From Marsupella aquatica (lineage: Eukaryota; Plantae; Marchantiophyta), in assembly GCA_973895155.1 (NCBI GenBank), contig OZ316891.1, positions 30,139,112 to 30,203,111 on the forward strand: a DNA stretch of 64,000 bases, given 5' to 3'. The notes under the pieces are model-generated. The model ran no database searches. It saw only the letters and a list, made by a program, of their open reading frames with translations, and was not told the origin of the DNA. A program made the position numbers and the translations under genes. Numbering within the stretch: position 1 is the stretch's first letter; every line of letters starts with the position of its first letter. This document shows, piece after piece, positions 51,071 through 60,175 of the stretch.

Positions 51071-51545
51071 TGTTGGGTATTTACTCTTACGTCTAGGTTA
51101 GGTATGACGTGGTTGGTACAACAACGTGGGTTGGTACAACTACGTGGTTAGGTACAACTACGTGATTAGGTACAACTATGTGGTTAGGTACAACTACGTG
51201 ATTAGGTACAACTATGTGGTTAGGTACAACTACGTGATTAGGTACAACTATGTGGTTAGGTACAACTATGTGGTTAGGTACAACTAAGTTGCACACTATA
51301 TCATAAGAGGCATGTGTGCTTGGAGAGGTAGAACCAAGGCTCATTGTTATGGAGCCACTTGAGAGATAGGGAGAGCTTACACTGTGGAGACTCGGTATAG
51401 CCGACGGGCTTAGAGTTCAGTAAAGCTCTCTTGTGTGTTCCCGTGGACGTAGCCTCAAGGAGGTGAACCACGTATCTCTTGTGTCGACTATTGTGCGTTG
51501 GATGGTTCATGGGCTTGCCGTTGCGATCGTCGTCTATGCTCAACA
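51071..51545 (+). repeat. 5' LTR (475 bp) containing 10 x 18-bp repeats
   Basis: TGTTGG...TCAACA. Units G(G/A)TTAGGTACAACTA(C/T)GT. TATA-like CTATATCATAA at ~51296. Confidence 0.97.
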
Positions 51546-51547
51546 AT

Positions 51548-51559
51548 TGGTATCAGAGC
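51548..51559 (+). promoter_or_regulatory. Primer-binding site complementary to initiator tRNA-Met
   Basis: TGGTATCAGAGC, 2 nt after the 5' LTR. Confidence 0.95.
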
Positions 51560-52699
51560 ATGCTTGGGAGGTGACGTGTGTTCGTGACGGGATTTCATGA
51601 CGGTTTTTCCAGCGTTGAGTGTTGGTGGATTTTCCAGAGTTCCATCGCATGGAACTTGGAGTTTATGGGCTCAACGGATAGATCAGGGCAAGAGCTTTCT
51701 AACGGTGTGAAGAAATCGTTGAACGGAGCTCGTGGTGCAGAGAGATCTAAGTTTTCGTCGTTCTGGATTTTGTGAAGAAAGTTGGCAATCGACTCGGAGG
51801 GAGAAGCGTCAAGTGTTTTGACTCAACGGAGAGATTGAGGCAAGACGATTGTTTTTGAGTCCGGGATTGGCTCTTTGATGCAAAGAGGAAGGCTAAGCAA
51901 AATCAATTACCTTGTTGGACTTGGTGACGACACCAAGTGCAATTGATCAACATTCGTTGTTGACAAGGTACCATTTTTTTCTCTTTGAAAAACTGATTCG
52001 AAATTGGCTATGGCAATTGAGAGAAATCTGTCATCTTTACCAATTTTTTTCTCCCTCGTTCTTTCCTCGTTTTGGGTGCTTCTTATATCGATCTTCATCG
52101 CCTCGGAGTCTAGTTTCCAAATCTGAAATCGGATCTTGATTTAGTCAAAACCCGAGTGAGATATCTTGCGTTTGGTGTCGAGGGGTACATTCTGCCGTGT
52201 GTATTTTCTGCGCGCGCGACCAGATTTCGACGACGAAGGGTGGTAGGGGGTTTTGGGGGTTCGAGGACACATGTCAGCCCCTCGATTGTTCTTCCAAAAT
52301 TCCCACAGGGCCTGTACAAGGGTCATAGAATATTCCAAAAAACCAGAGAGCTATTTTTTGACCGTCCGACAAAGATTTCATCCGCCGAACGGTAACTTTT
52401 TTGGTTATTTTTCGGCGAGGTCGTAGCCATTGAAGTTGGCAATGCAGCGCACCAATCACATCGCAATTCCGACAACGGGTTGTACTTGGTATTTCGGTTA
52501 TTCCCTGAGGTGGTCAAAACGGGGGAGTTTCCCAAGGTTTTACCCACCTCGACCGAAATTTGAATAACTTTTCCGTCAAATTTCGATTTTGATTTCGGTT
52601 TTCAGTATTGGACTCCTAGCTTTGTGGGCTACGCGGCGGTGTTGAGTTTCGAGTTTTTTGAGAAGTTGTGAAAAACAACATTTTTTGTGACTTTCTCAT

Positions 52700-53734
52700 A
52701 TGAGTGATTCGGAGGAGTTTTTCGAAGACGTGGAACTTGAAGCACGAGGGTCACCGCGGAGGTTTCAGGGGCAGAGAGAGGAGCAGGAGGAAGAGCACGT
52801 GACACCGATACCATCACCGGTGCGGCGTGTGGTGGAGGAAGCAGTACTACTACCGGAGCTCACGGTAAAGAAGAAGATGGGGACTTTCAAGCTTGGGGGA
52901 CCCAAGTATGAAGTGACAAAGTATGATGGGCGCTCTGACTACTTGCTATGGGAGAAGCAGGTGAAGGGAGTGCTTTATGCGTCAGGGATGGGCCAACTGC
53001 TGAGCCCTCGTGAAGACGATGTTGATGAGAAACAATGGGACCGCATGCAGGAGCAGGGAGTGTGGTGTGTTACACTCTATCTCATGCCTCCCATCATCAA
53101 GCAGTTGGGTGCACATAAGGATTGCATGTCCTTATTTGCGGAATTGCAGAGCAAGTATCACCGCAAGGAGTTGTCGAACCGGCTCTACACTTCCTACAAA
53201 CTGATGAGTTTCAGGATGAAGGAATCTGGTACGAAGTTGCAAGACCATGTGGATGCTTTCAACGACATGGTCGTTGACTTGGAAAACCTTGGGGAGACTT
53301 TGAATGATGAGACGAAGGCTCTGCAGCTTCTTAGTTCATTGCCTCCATCTTACCAGTCCCTATCACGAGTGTTGTTGCATCGTGATAGGGATACCATTTC
53401 ATACAATGACGTGGTAAGTTCTCTGCTTAGTGATGATCTTCAGCAGAAGATGCACATCACGTCACAGCCTTCATCATCTGGTGCTGCCCTCAATGTTAAC
53501 CGTGGGAGGAGTATGCAGCGACCAACTGGGGACCGTAGAACCCAGTTTAGATCTAAATCCAGATCTAAGTCCAAGGGTAAATCCCCTCAGAGGAGGCAGG
53601 TGACATGTTGGAAGTGCAACCAAGTTGGACACTTCAAGCGAGACTGTAAGGGAAAGGCAGCGGAAACTTCATCGGCAAATGTGGCTAGGGCTGATGGAGA
53701 AGCTGATTTACTCAATGATGAGTATGTTTTATGA
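52700..53734 (+). CDS. gag: Copia Gag with acidic N-terminal extension and intact CCHC knuckle
   Basis: YEVTKYDGRSDYLLW, LLSSLPPSY, CWKCNQVGHFKRDC. Ends at TGA 53732-53734, in frame with pol. Confidence 0.93.
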   Translation: MSDSEEFFEDVELEARGSPRRFQGQREEQEEEHVTPIPSPVRRVVEEAVLLPELTVKKKMGTFKLGGPKYEVTKYDGRSDYLLWEKQVKGVLYASGMGQLLSPREDDVDEKQWDRMQEQGVWCVTLYLMPPIIKQLGAHKDCMSLFAELQSKYHRKELSNRLYTSYKLMSFRMKESGTKLQDHVDAFNDMVVDLENLGETLNDETKALQLLSSLPPSYQSLSRVLLHRDRDTISYNDVVSSLLSDDLQQKMHITSQPSSSGAALNVNRGRSMQRPTGDRRTQFRSKSRSKSKGKSPQRRQVTCWKCNQVGHFKRDCKGKAAETSSANVARADGEADLLNDEYVL

Positions 53735-56700
53735 AGCCGGGGGTATGCCCTGTGCACGTCATCTAGGAGAGCAGATGATGTGTGGATTCTTGATTGTGCT
53801 TGCTCTTTTCATATTTGTTACATTCGTGAGTTTTTCAGTTCTTACTCTATTTCAAACGGTTCAGTTCTGATGGGAAATGATCACTCCTGTCAAATTGAGG
53901 GAATTGGGTTTGTGAAGATTCAAATGTTTGATGGCGCTGTGCGCACAGTGTCCGGAGTCAGGTATGTACCTGGCATGCGTAAGAATCTGATTTCACTCGG
54001 TGTGTTGGATTCAAATGGTCATCAATGGAGCGTTATTGATGGTGAACTTCAAGTCAGGTCGGGAGAGACAGTGATTTTGAAGGGGAGTAGACAAAAGAAT
54101 TTGTATGTGTTACAGGGCAATACTGTATGTGGAGAGGCCAATGTAACCAAGTCTCACGAGGAGATGACTCAACTGTGGCATTCACGGCTAGGCCACATGA
54201 GTGAGAAGGGTTTGGCTATCTTACGGAAGAATGGACTCATTTCTGATTTGCAATCTTGTAAATTAGAGTTTTGTGAGCATTGCATTCTTGGAAAGCAGCA
54301 TCGTCGTGCTTTTGGTGTTGGAACTCATCGTTCCAAAGCGGTTCTTGAGTACATACATAGTGACGTGTGGGGTCCATCCCCGACTCCCTCACACTCTGGA
54401 AAGTTGTACTATGTATCATTTATTGATGATTACTCAAGATTTGTGTGGATTTATTTCATGACGCATAAGTCTGATGTCTTGTCCATTTTTAAGAAATGGA
54501 AGGCCCAGGTGGAGAATCAGACTGGAAACACGATCAAGTGTTTGGATACAAGGGTGAAGAGTTTGAGGTCAGACAACGGCGGGGAGTACACTTCAATGGA
54601 ATTTGAAGAGTACTGTTCAGAACAGGGGATAACTCGCCATCTCACCACAGTTTATACTCCGCAGCAGAATGGTGTCGCTGAGAGGCTCAATCGGACACTG
54701 TTGGAGCGGTCACGGAGTATGTTGAGCCAATCAGGTTTACCACAAGAATTTTGGGCAGAAGCTGTCAATACCGCAGCTTATTTGGTAAATCTTTCTCCTT
54801 CTAGTGCTATCAATTTCAAAACGCCGTTTGAGATGCGCTATAAGCGGCAAGCAGACTATCATGGCTTGGTAATTTTTGGAAGTGATGCATATGCTCTCAC
54901 ACCAAAGCAGAATAGGACCAAGTTGGATCCTACCTCCAGGAAATGTGTTTTTCTTGGGTACCAGAGTGGTGTGAAAGCCTATAGGCTATGGGATCCTATT
55001 GCCTGTAAGCTCGTTGTCAGTAGGGATGTTTCCTTCAATGAATCCAGATTATTGAAGGAGGGGGAGAATACTCAGGTCTCCCGTACTGACAAAAGAAAAT
55101 CTCCTATCCCGGATCTCGTTGAGGGGGAGATTGGTTATGAGGTGCATGACCGGAGAGAAGGAGTTGCTCCAATTATGGAGCTGGTTCCTGTGCCAGAGGA
55201 ACCAGAGGAGTTTGTTGATGCTGGTGAGCAGCAAGTGGATGCTGTTGAGCTTCAAATTGTACCAGCACACGCAGATCAACCGGAGTCATCGGCTAGAAGA
55301 ACATCTGGTCGCACTGTACGCGCTCCATCAAGGTATGGACAGTGGGTTGATTCATCTCAACTGCAAGAGGATGATTTTACAGCTGATGATGAGGGTGATG
55401 CGTTAATTTTGGAAGAAGGAGAACCTTCTTCATTTCATGAGGCAAGTGCTTCAAAGGAGAAGCAAAAGTGGACTGCAGCAATGCAAACAGAGATGCAGTC
55501 ACTAAAGGACAACAAAACTTGGGAGCTTGTTAAGCTGCCTAAGGGTCAGCAAGTGGTGGACAGCAAGTGGATTTACAAGCTGAAGGATAATTCCATAGGA
55601 GGTGGATCGAAGGTCTACAAGGCTAGATTGGTAGCAAAGGGATTCACACAAGAGAAAGGTGTGGATTACAATGAGGTCTTCTCACCAGTTGCTAAGTACT
55701 CTACAATACGACTATTGTGTGTACTTGTTGTAATGTTTGGTCTGCTCCTAGATCAGATGGATGTTGTCACAGCTTTCCTCTATGGCACATTGGAAGAGGT
55801 GATCTTCATGAGACAACCGCTAGGTTTTGTGAAGAGAGGACAGGAGGAATTGGTTTGCAGATTGCTGAAATCCTTGTATGGGTTGAAGCAGTCACCAAGA
55901 CAGTGGAACAAGCGGTTTGACGATTGGATTCGGTCACAAGGTTTTCACAGAAGTGTATTTGACCCTTGTGTGTATTTGAAACCGGTGAAGAATGTTGTCT
56001 TTGGGTTCATTGTTTTAGTACTTTATGTGGATGACATGCTAATTGCAGCCAAGGATAGGTCTGAGATTGTTAAGCTCAAGGCACTGCTTAGTGCAGAGTT
56101 TAAGATGAAGGACTTAGGGCCAGCTAAGAGGATTTTGGGTATGGAGATCACTAGGGACTTGGAGGCTGGCAAGCTATGGTTGACGCAGAGCAGTTATGCG
56201 AGGAAGGTAATTGCAAGGTTCAACATGGAGAATAGCAAGCCAGTAAGTACCCCGTTGGCTCCACACTTCAAGTTATCATCAGCGTTCTGTCCTACGGATG
56301 ACACAGAGAAGGGGTTGATGTCAAAGGTTCCATATGACAAGGCAGTGGGGAGTCTCATGTATTTGATGACTTGCACTAGACCTGATCTTGCCATGGCTAT
56401 GGGCAAGGTGAGCAGGTACATGTCGAATCCAGGGAAGGTACACTGGGAAGCAGTGAAGTGGATTATCAGGTACTTGAAGGGTACCGTGGATCATGGTCTT
56501 TTATTTGATGCGAATGCAAAGAATGCTAGATCATTGATTGGCTATGTAGATTCTGACTATGGACAAGATTTGGACCGAAGGAGATCAACAACAGGATACG
56601 TGTTCACACTTGGCGGTGGATGCATAAGTTGGAGGTCTACTTTGCAGAAGTGTATTGCTCAGTCTACTACAGAAGCGGAGTATGTTGCAGCTGCGGAAGC

Positions 56701-57007
56701 AGCAAAGGAAGCGATTTGGTTGGATAGACTTATCACTGAAATGGGATTGCCACAGGGGAATGTGAAGCTCCATTGTGATAGTCAAAGTGCGCTCCACCTT
56801 GCTGTGAACCAGGTGATGGACAGCAGAGTGAAGCACATTGACGTCAGGTACCATTTTATCAGGCAGGCTGTGTCTGATAAATTGTTTGAGCTAGTCAAGA
56901 TTGATGGTAAACTCAACCCGGCTGACGCATTTACCAAAGTGATTCCTTTGGAGAGTTTCTCTAGACACCGTGACGTATTGCAGGTTTTGCAATTGCATCA
57001 CAAGTAG
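53735..57007 (+). CDS. pol: Copia Pol (PR-INT-RT-RNase H), intact, with no AUG before the protease active site
   Basis: Open frame continues directly after the gag stop. Motifs WILDCAC, HHCC, integrase DDE, YVDD and RNase H are all intact. Confidence 0.95.
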   Translation, partial: SRGYALCTSSRRADDVWILDCACSFHICYIREFFSSYSISNGSVLMGNDHSCQIEGIGFVKIQMFDGAVRTVSGVRYVPGMRKNLISLGVLDSNGHQWSVIDGELQVRSGETVILKGSRQKNLYVLQGNTVCGEANVTKSHEEMTQLWHSRLGHMSEKGLAILRKNGLISDLQSCKLEFCEHCILGKQHRRAFGVGTHRSKAVLEYIHSDVWGPSPTPSHSGKLYYVSFIDDYSRFVWIYFMTHKSDVLSIFKKWKAQVENQTGNTIKCLDTRVKSLRSDNGGEYTSMEFEEYCSEQGITRHLTTVYTPQQNGVAERLNRTLLERSRSMLSQSGLPQEFWAEAVNTAAYLVNLSPSSAINFKTPFEMRYKRQADYHGLVIFGSDAYALTPKQNRTKLDPTSRKCVFLGYQSGVKAYRLWDPIACKLVVSRDVSFNESRLLKEGENTQVSRTDKRKSPIPDLVEGEIGYEVHDRREGVAPIMELVPVPEEPEEFVDAGEQQVDAVELQIVPAHADQPESSARRTSGRTVRAPSRYGQWVDSSQLQEDDFTADDEGDALILEEGEPSSFHEASASKEKQKWTAAMQTEMQSLKDNKTWELVKLPKGQQVVDSKWIYKLKDNSIGGGSKVYKARLVAKGFTQEKGVDYNEVFSPVAKYSTIRLLCVLVVMFGLLLDQMDVVTAFLYGTLEEVIFMRQPLGFVKRGQEELVCRLLKSLYGLKQSPRQWNKRFDDWIRSQGFHRSVFDPCVYLKPVKNVVFGFIVLVLYVDDMLIAAKDRSEIVKLKALLSAEFKMKDLGPAKRILGMEITRDLEAGKLWLTQSSYARKVIARFNMENSKPVSTPLAPHFKLSSAFCPTDDTEKGLMSKVPYDKAVGSLMYLMTCTRPDLAMAMGKVSRYMSNPGKVHWEAVKWIIRYLKGTVDHGLLFDANAKNARSLIGYVDSDYGQDLDRRRSTTGYVFTLGGGCISWRSTLQKCIAQSTTEAEYVAAAEAAKEAIWLDRLITEMGLPQGNVKLHCDSQSALHLAVNQVMDSRVKHIDVRYHFIRQAVSDKLFELVKIDGKLNPADAFTKVIPLESFSRHRDVLQVLQLHHK

Positions 57008-57187
57008 AGTTTTCTTAAACATTCATTGTAATTACTGATATATGCTCTTCCTCATTCCTATGTATTAGGCTACGGCTTAGTTCTGGTTTGCTCTAGTTAG
57101 AGAGGGAAACCGGTTTGGTTTCTGTCCAGAACTTCCCGCTGAGGGATCATATACATTGGCAGTATTACTCTCCCCTAGACCAGAGTC

Positions 57188-57197
57188 AAGGGGAAGA
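57188..57197 (+). promoter_or_regulatory. Polypurine tract of copia copy 2
   Basis: AAGGGGAAGA immediately before the 3' LTR. Confidence 0.9.
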
Positions 57198-57198
57198 T

Positions 57199-57655
57199 TG
57201 TTGGGTATTTACTCTTACGTCTAGGTTAGGTATGACGTGGTTGGTACAACAACGTGGGTTGGTACAACTACGTGGTTAGGTACAACTACGTGATTAGGTA
57301 CAACTATGTGGTTAGGTACAACTACGTGATTAGGTACAACTATGTGGTTAGGTACAACTACGTGATTAGGTACAACTATGTGGTTAGGTACAACTAAGTT
57401 GCACACTATATCATAAGAGGCATGTGTGCTTGGAGAGGTAGAACCAAGGCTCATTGTTATGGAGCCACTTGAGAGATAGGGAGAGCTTACACTGTGGAGA
57501 CTCGGTATAGCCGACGGGCTTAGAGTTCAGTAAAGCTCTCTTGTGTGTTCCCGTGGACGTAGCCTCAAGGAGGTGAACCACGTATCTCTTGTGTCGACTA
57601 TTGTGCGTTGGATGGTTCATGGGCTTGCCGTTGCGATCGTCGTCTATGCTCAACA
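57199..57655 (+). repeat. 3' LTR (457 bp) containing 9 x 18-bp repeats
   Basis: Copy of 51071-51545 minus one unit. Confidence 0.97.
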
Positions 57656-58279
57656 CGAAGCGTAATTTTTCTAGAGACACTAACACCAATTGCCTCGACT
57701 CTACATTACTCAACCACACTTGCCGGGTGGGCAGATTTCTGCCTGAAAAGGAGGGAGCATTAACGATAACTATGTACTGTAATTATAGTCCTAGAATACT
57801 AGAATATGATTAGTTATATTTTGTCCATGAGTGGCCTAACAGGATATATATTTTATCTAATGAATCTGAAATTATTTTGTATATCATTTTAATTATTTTA
57901 GGTATATATATTTTAGATCATATAAATAAATAATAAGAAGGAAAAGCTGACAAAACTTGTGGTTATTAATGCAAGAAATAATATTGCAAAATCTGTGGCT
58001 ATTAATGCAAGAGATAATCTAGTATAACAAATAATGCTATCCATCGAATAGGAGTCATCATTGATGCCAATATTTGAATAACAGTGAGTGCATAAAGCAT
58101 TGAGAGAGCCACGTAGCAAATTTCTGGGGGATCAAAAGGTGTAACACAAATATATATAATAAGAATTGAAATCTTTCTCGAAAAGTTAAAATGTAGGCTA
58201 ATGGTTGAGGGCCTTGGGTGAGAATCGGGAGGTCTGATAACGTACTCTTGCATCATTGGTAATGTTATATTATAGGGTT

Positions 58280-59420
58280 GCTCCAACTTTAAACCCCCAC
58301 ATGGTAATAACAACTTTTAGAACCTAGATAAATGAGAAAAAAATATTCTTTAGGTACCTAATAGTGTGAAGATTTCTCAAAAAGGTAAATAGTTTGTCTC
58401 GTAGTGTTTCCTACTCAAAATGATTTCTCATGTTGAGAAGAAATATTAGTCATTCCTTTTTAGAGTTTAGATGTATTTTTTAATGACCCTAGTGACCCTT
58501 GAAAGCAAGAATAAATTAGCTTTGGGTGACTTGGTACTTGTGCCTCAATGCTTATTCCTTTACAAAGTTTCTTCTCCTCATGGCTTCTTCCTTAACAAGT
58601 GTTGGCCCCAATTCTATCTCCACATGCCATTTTTCTAGAGACAATTGTTCAACTTCTAAACTATTGTGAGTCCCTTTCAAAAAAATGATGAGCCTCTCAT
58701 GTTTTCCTCATTAAGGGCATCCGTTGACTATAAGAACGTTTGGGCCAATCTAAATGTGCCACATCATCACTTTATGTCTCATAATGTGACTATTCGGTTT
58801 TGAGGCATTCGTAGTAGTAATTTTTTGGAATGTGCAAAGAAAGTACAGTCACTCACTGTGTCTGTCGTATGGTATGGGTCCTGTTTATTGTCTGTGCCAA
58901 AACATTTGTGACCTGTTTGTGGCAGGCATGCCTTTAGCGTTGGCCAATGGGCTTGTGATGGACCATTACACGTATACGGTCTCCCATATGCCTCCCCGCA
59001 TATGTGGATCGACATACGGTAGACCTTTATATGCACTAATGGTCCATCGCAGGACCATTACCCTATACATAATGACTTAGAGGAGCAACAAGTAAGCTAC
59101 TCAAAACCATAAACCTAGGAAACAAAACAATCCTGGATTCCTTCACACTCTTGAGGGTAGATAGCTTAGGTTCTAGGTATCTATAGTGTATGAAATTCAA
59201 TTTATCTAATTTGACTATAAGGATTAAAAAACATATTCTAACAAAGAATGAAGAAAATTGAGAAATAATTATAGATCTAAAAGGGGGATCTCAAACAAGA
59301 AATTAAAAACATTAGGAGCGGGTAAAAATAAGTCCAAAATACAAAGGATACACCTTGTCTAAAATAAATTGAAACAAAAGTACATATCAAAAATCTCAAT
59401 AAGACAAGTAACTTGAATAT
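58280..59420 (-). repeat. Inverted copy of the 21760-22600 repeat with a ~365-bp insertion at ~58708-59071
   Basis: Collinear reverse-complement blocks, broken between GTTTTCC (58707) and ATGACTTA (59072). Confidence 0.8.
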
Positions 59421-59752
59421 GCTTCCAAAAAAACAGGGTAACACTATAATAGCATGTTCAATCTTGGACCATGTTTCATTTTATTTTTTGTCTTGTAGCG
59501 ATGAGTGGTTGGCTATTGCGTAATATTTTATAAGCTTGAATGGGATAAAATACAAGAGAAAAAGTACAACACATGTCACGGAGAAGTACATTTCACATAA
59601 TGAAGAGTAAGAGTACATGTGAAGTCCTGAAAAGTTGTGCACTGAAAATACTGATTCTCAGTTACCCTAATGAAACTCAATTGAATCAAAAGTACATAAG
59701 TTCCTTACTTGCCTTAGGTAACAAGAAGTGTCCACATTGTACGAGAAACTCC

Positions 59753-60175
59753 TATATGGTGAATCCACCCTTTCACAGTTTGTCTTATTCAAATTTTGTG
59801 TCCAATATTTTTTTTTCATGTGCCTTAACAAGATGAATCATATGTATTAATTTGATTTTGAATTAAATTTTGGACCCTTTTAATTTGAGTGAACTTAGAG
59901 TATTCTGAATGTATTTGGTTCCCCTCATAAAGATTTAATCTTTCATTTTCAATCACTCCTTAGTGAATTTTCTTTTTTTCTAATGAGAGTGAGAGAAATG
60001 AATTTGAACAATGTGCACATCTCCTGTACTAAGTTGCCCTCCTGGTTTATTTTACAAAATTTATGGTTTTAATTGAATTGATCACCTACACTTAGAAACA
60101 AGTGAAAAGCTGTACTATATGTGCACAACTCTTTAGTACCTTTGTACTTTCTTGGTCATAATGTGCTTTTCTCTA
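59753..60175 (+). repeat. Second copy of the 41611-42045 dispersed repeat
   Basis: Collinear direct match over about 420 bp. Confidence 0.88.

Larger units (their letters stand above)
51071..57655 (+). mobile_element. Full-length, very young Ty1/copia LTR retrotransposon copy 2
   Basis: TG...CA LTRs at 51071-51545 and 57199-57655, identical by eye except for one 18-bp repeat unit. TSD CGAAG at 51066-51070 and 57656-57660. PBS and PPT present. gag and pol are uninterrupted. Confidence 0.98.

Noticed and set aside
51093-51344. VVPNH-repeat ORFs, or a CRISPR-like array, in the LTRs
   Set aside because: These are head-to-tail 18-bp repeats with no unique spacers in a eukaryotic LTR, and the ORFs are antisense artefacts.
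53732-53734. UGA as a selenocysteine codon or an RNA-editing site
   Set aside because: Land plants lack Sec insertion machinery, no SECIS was recognised, and plant U-to-C editing is organellar.
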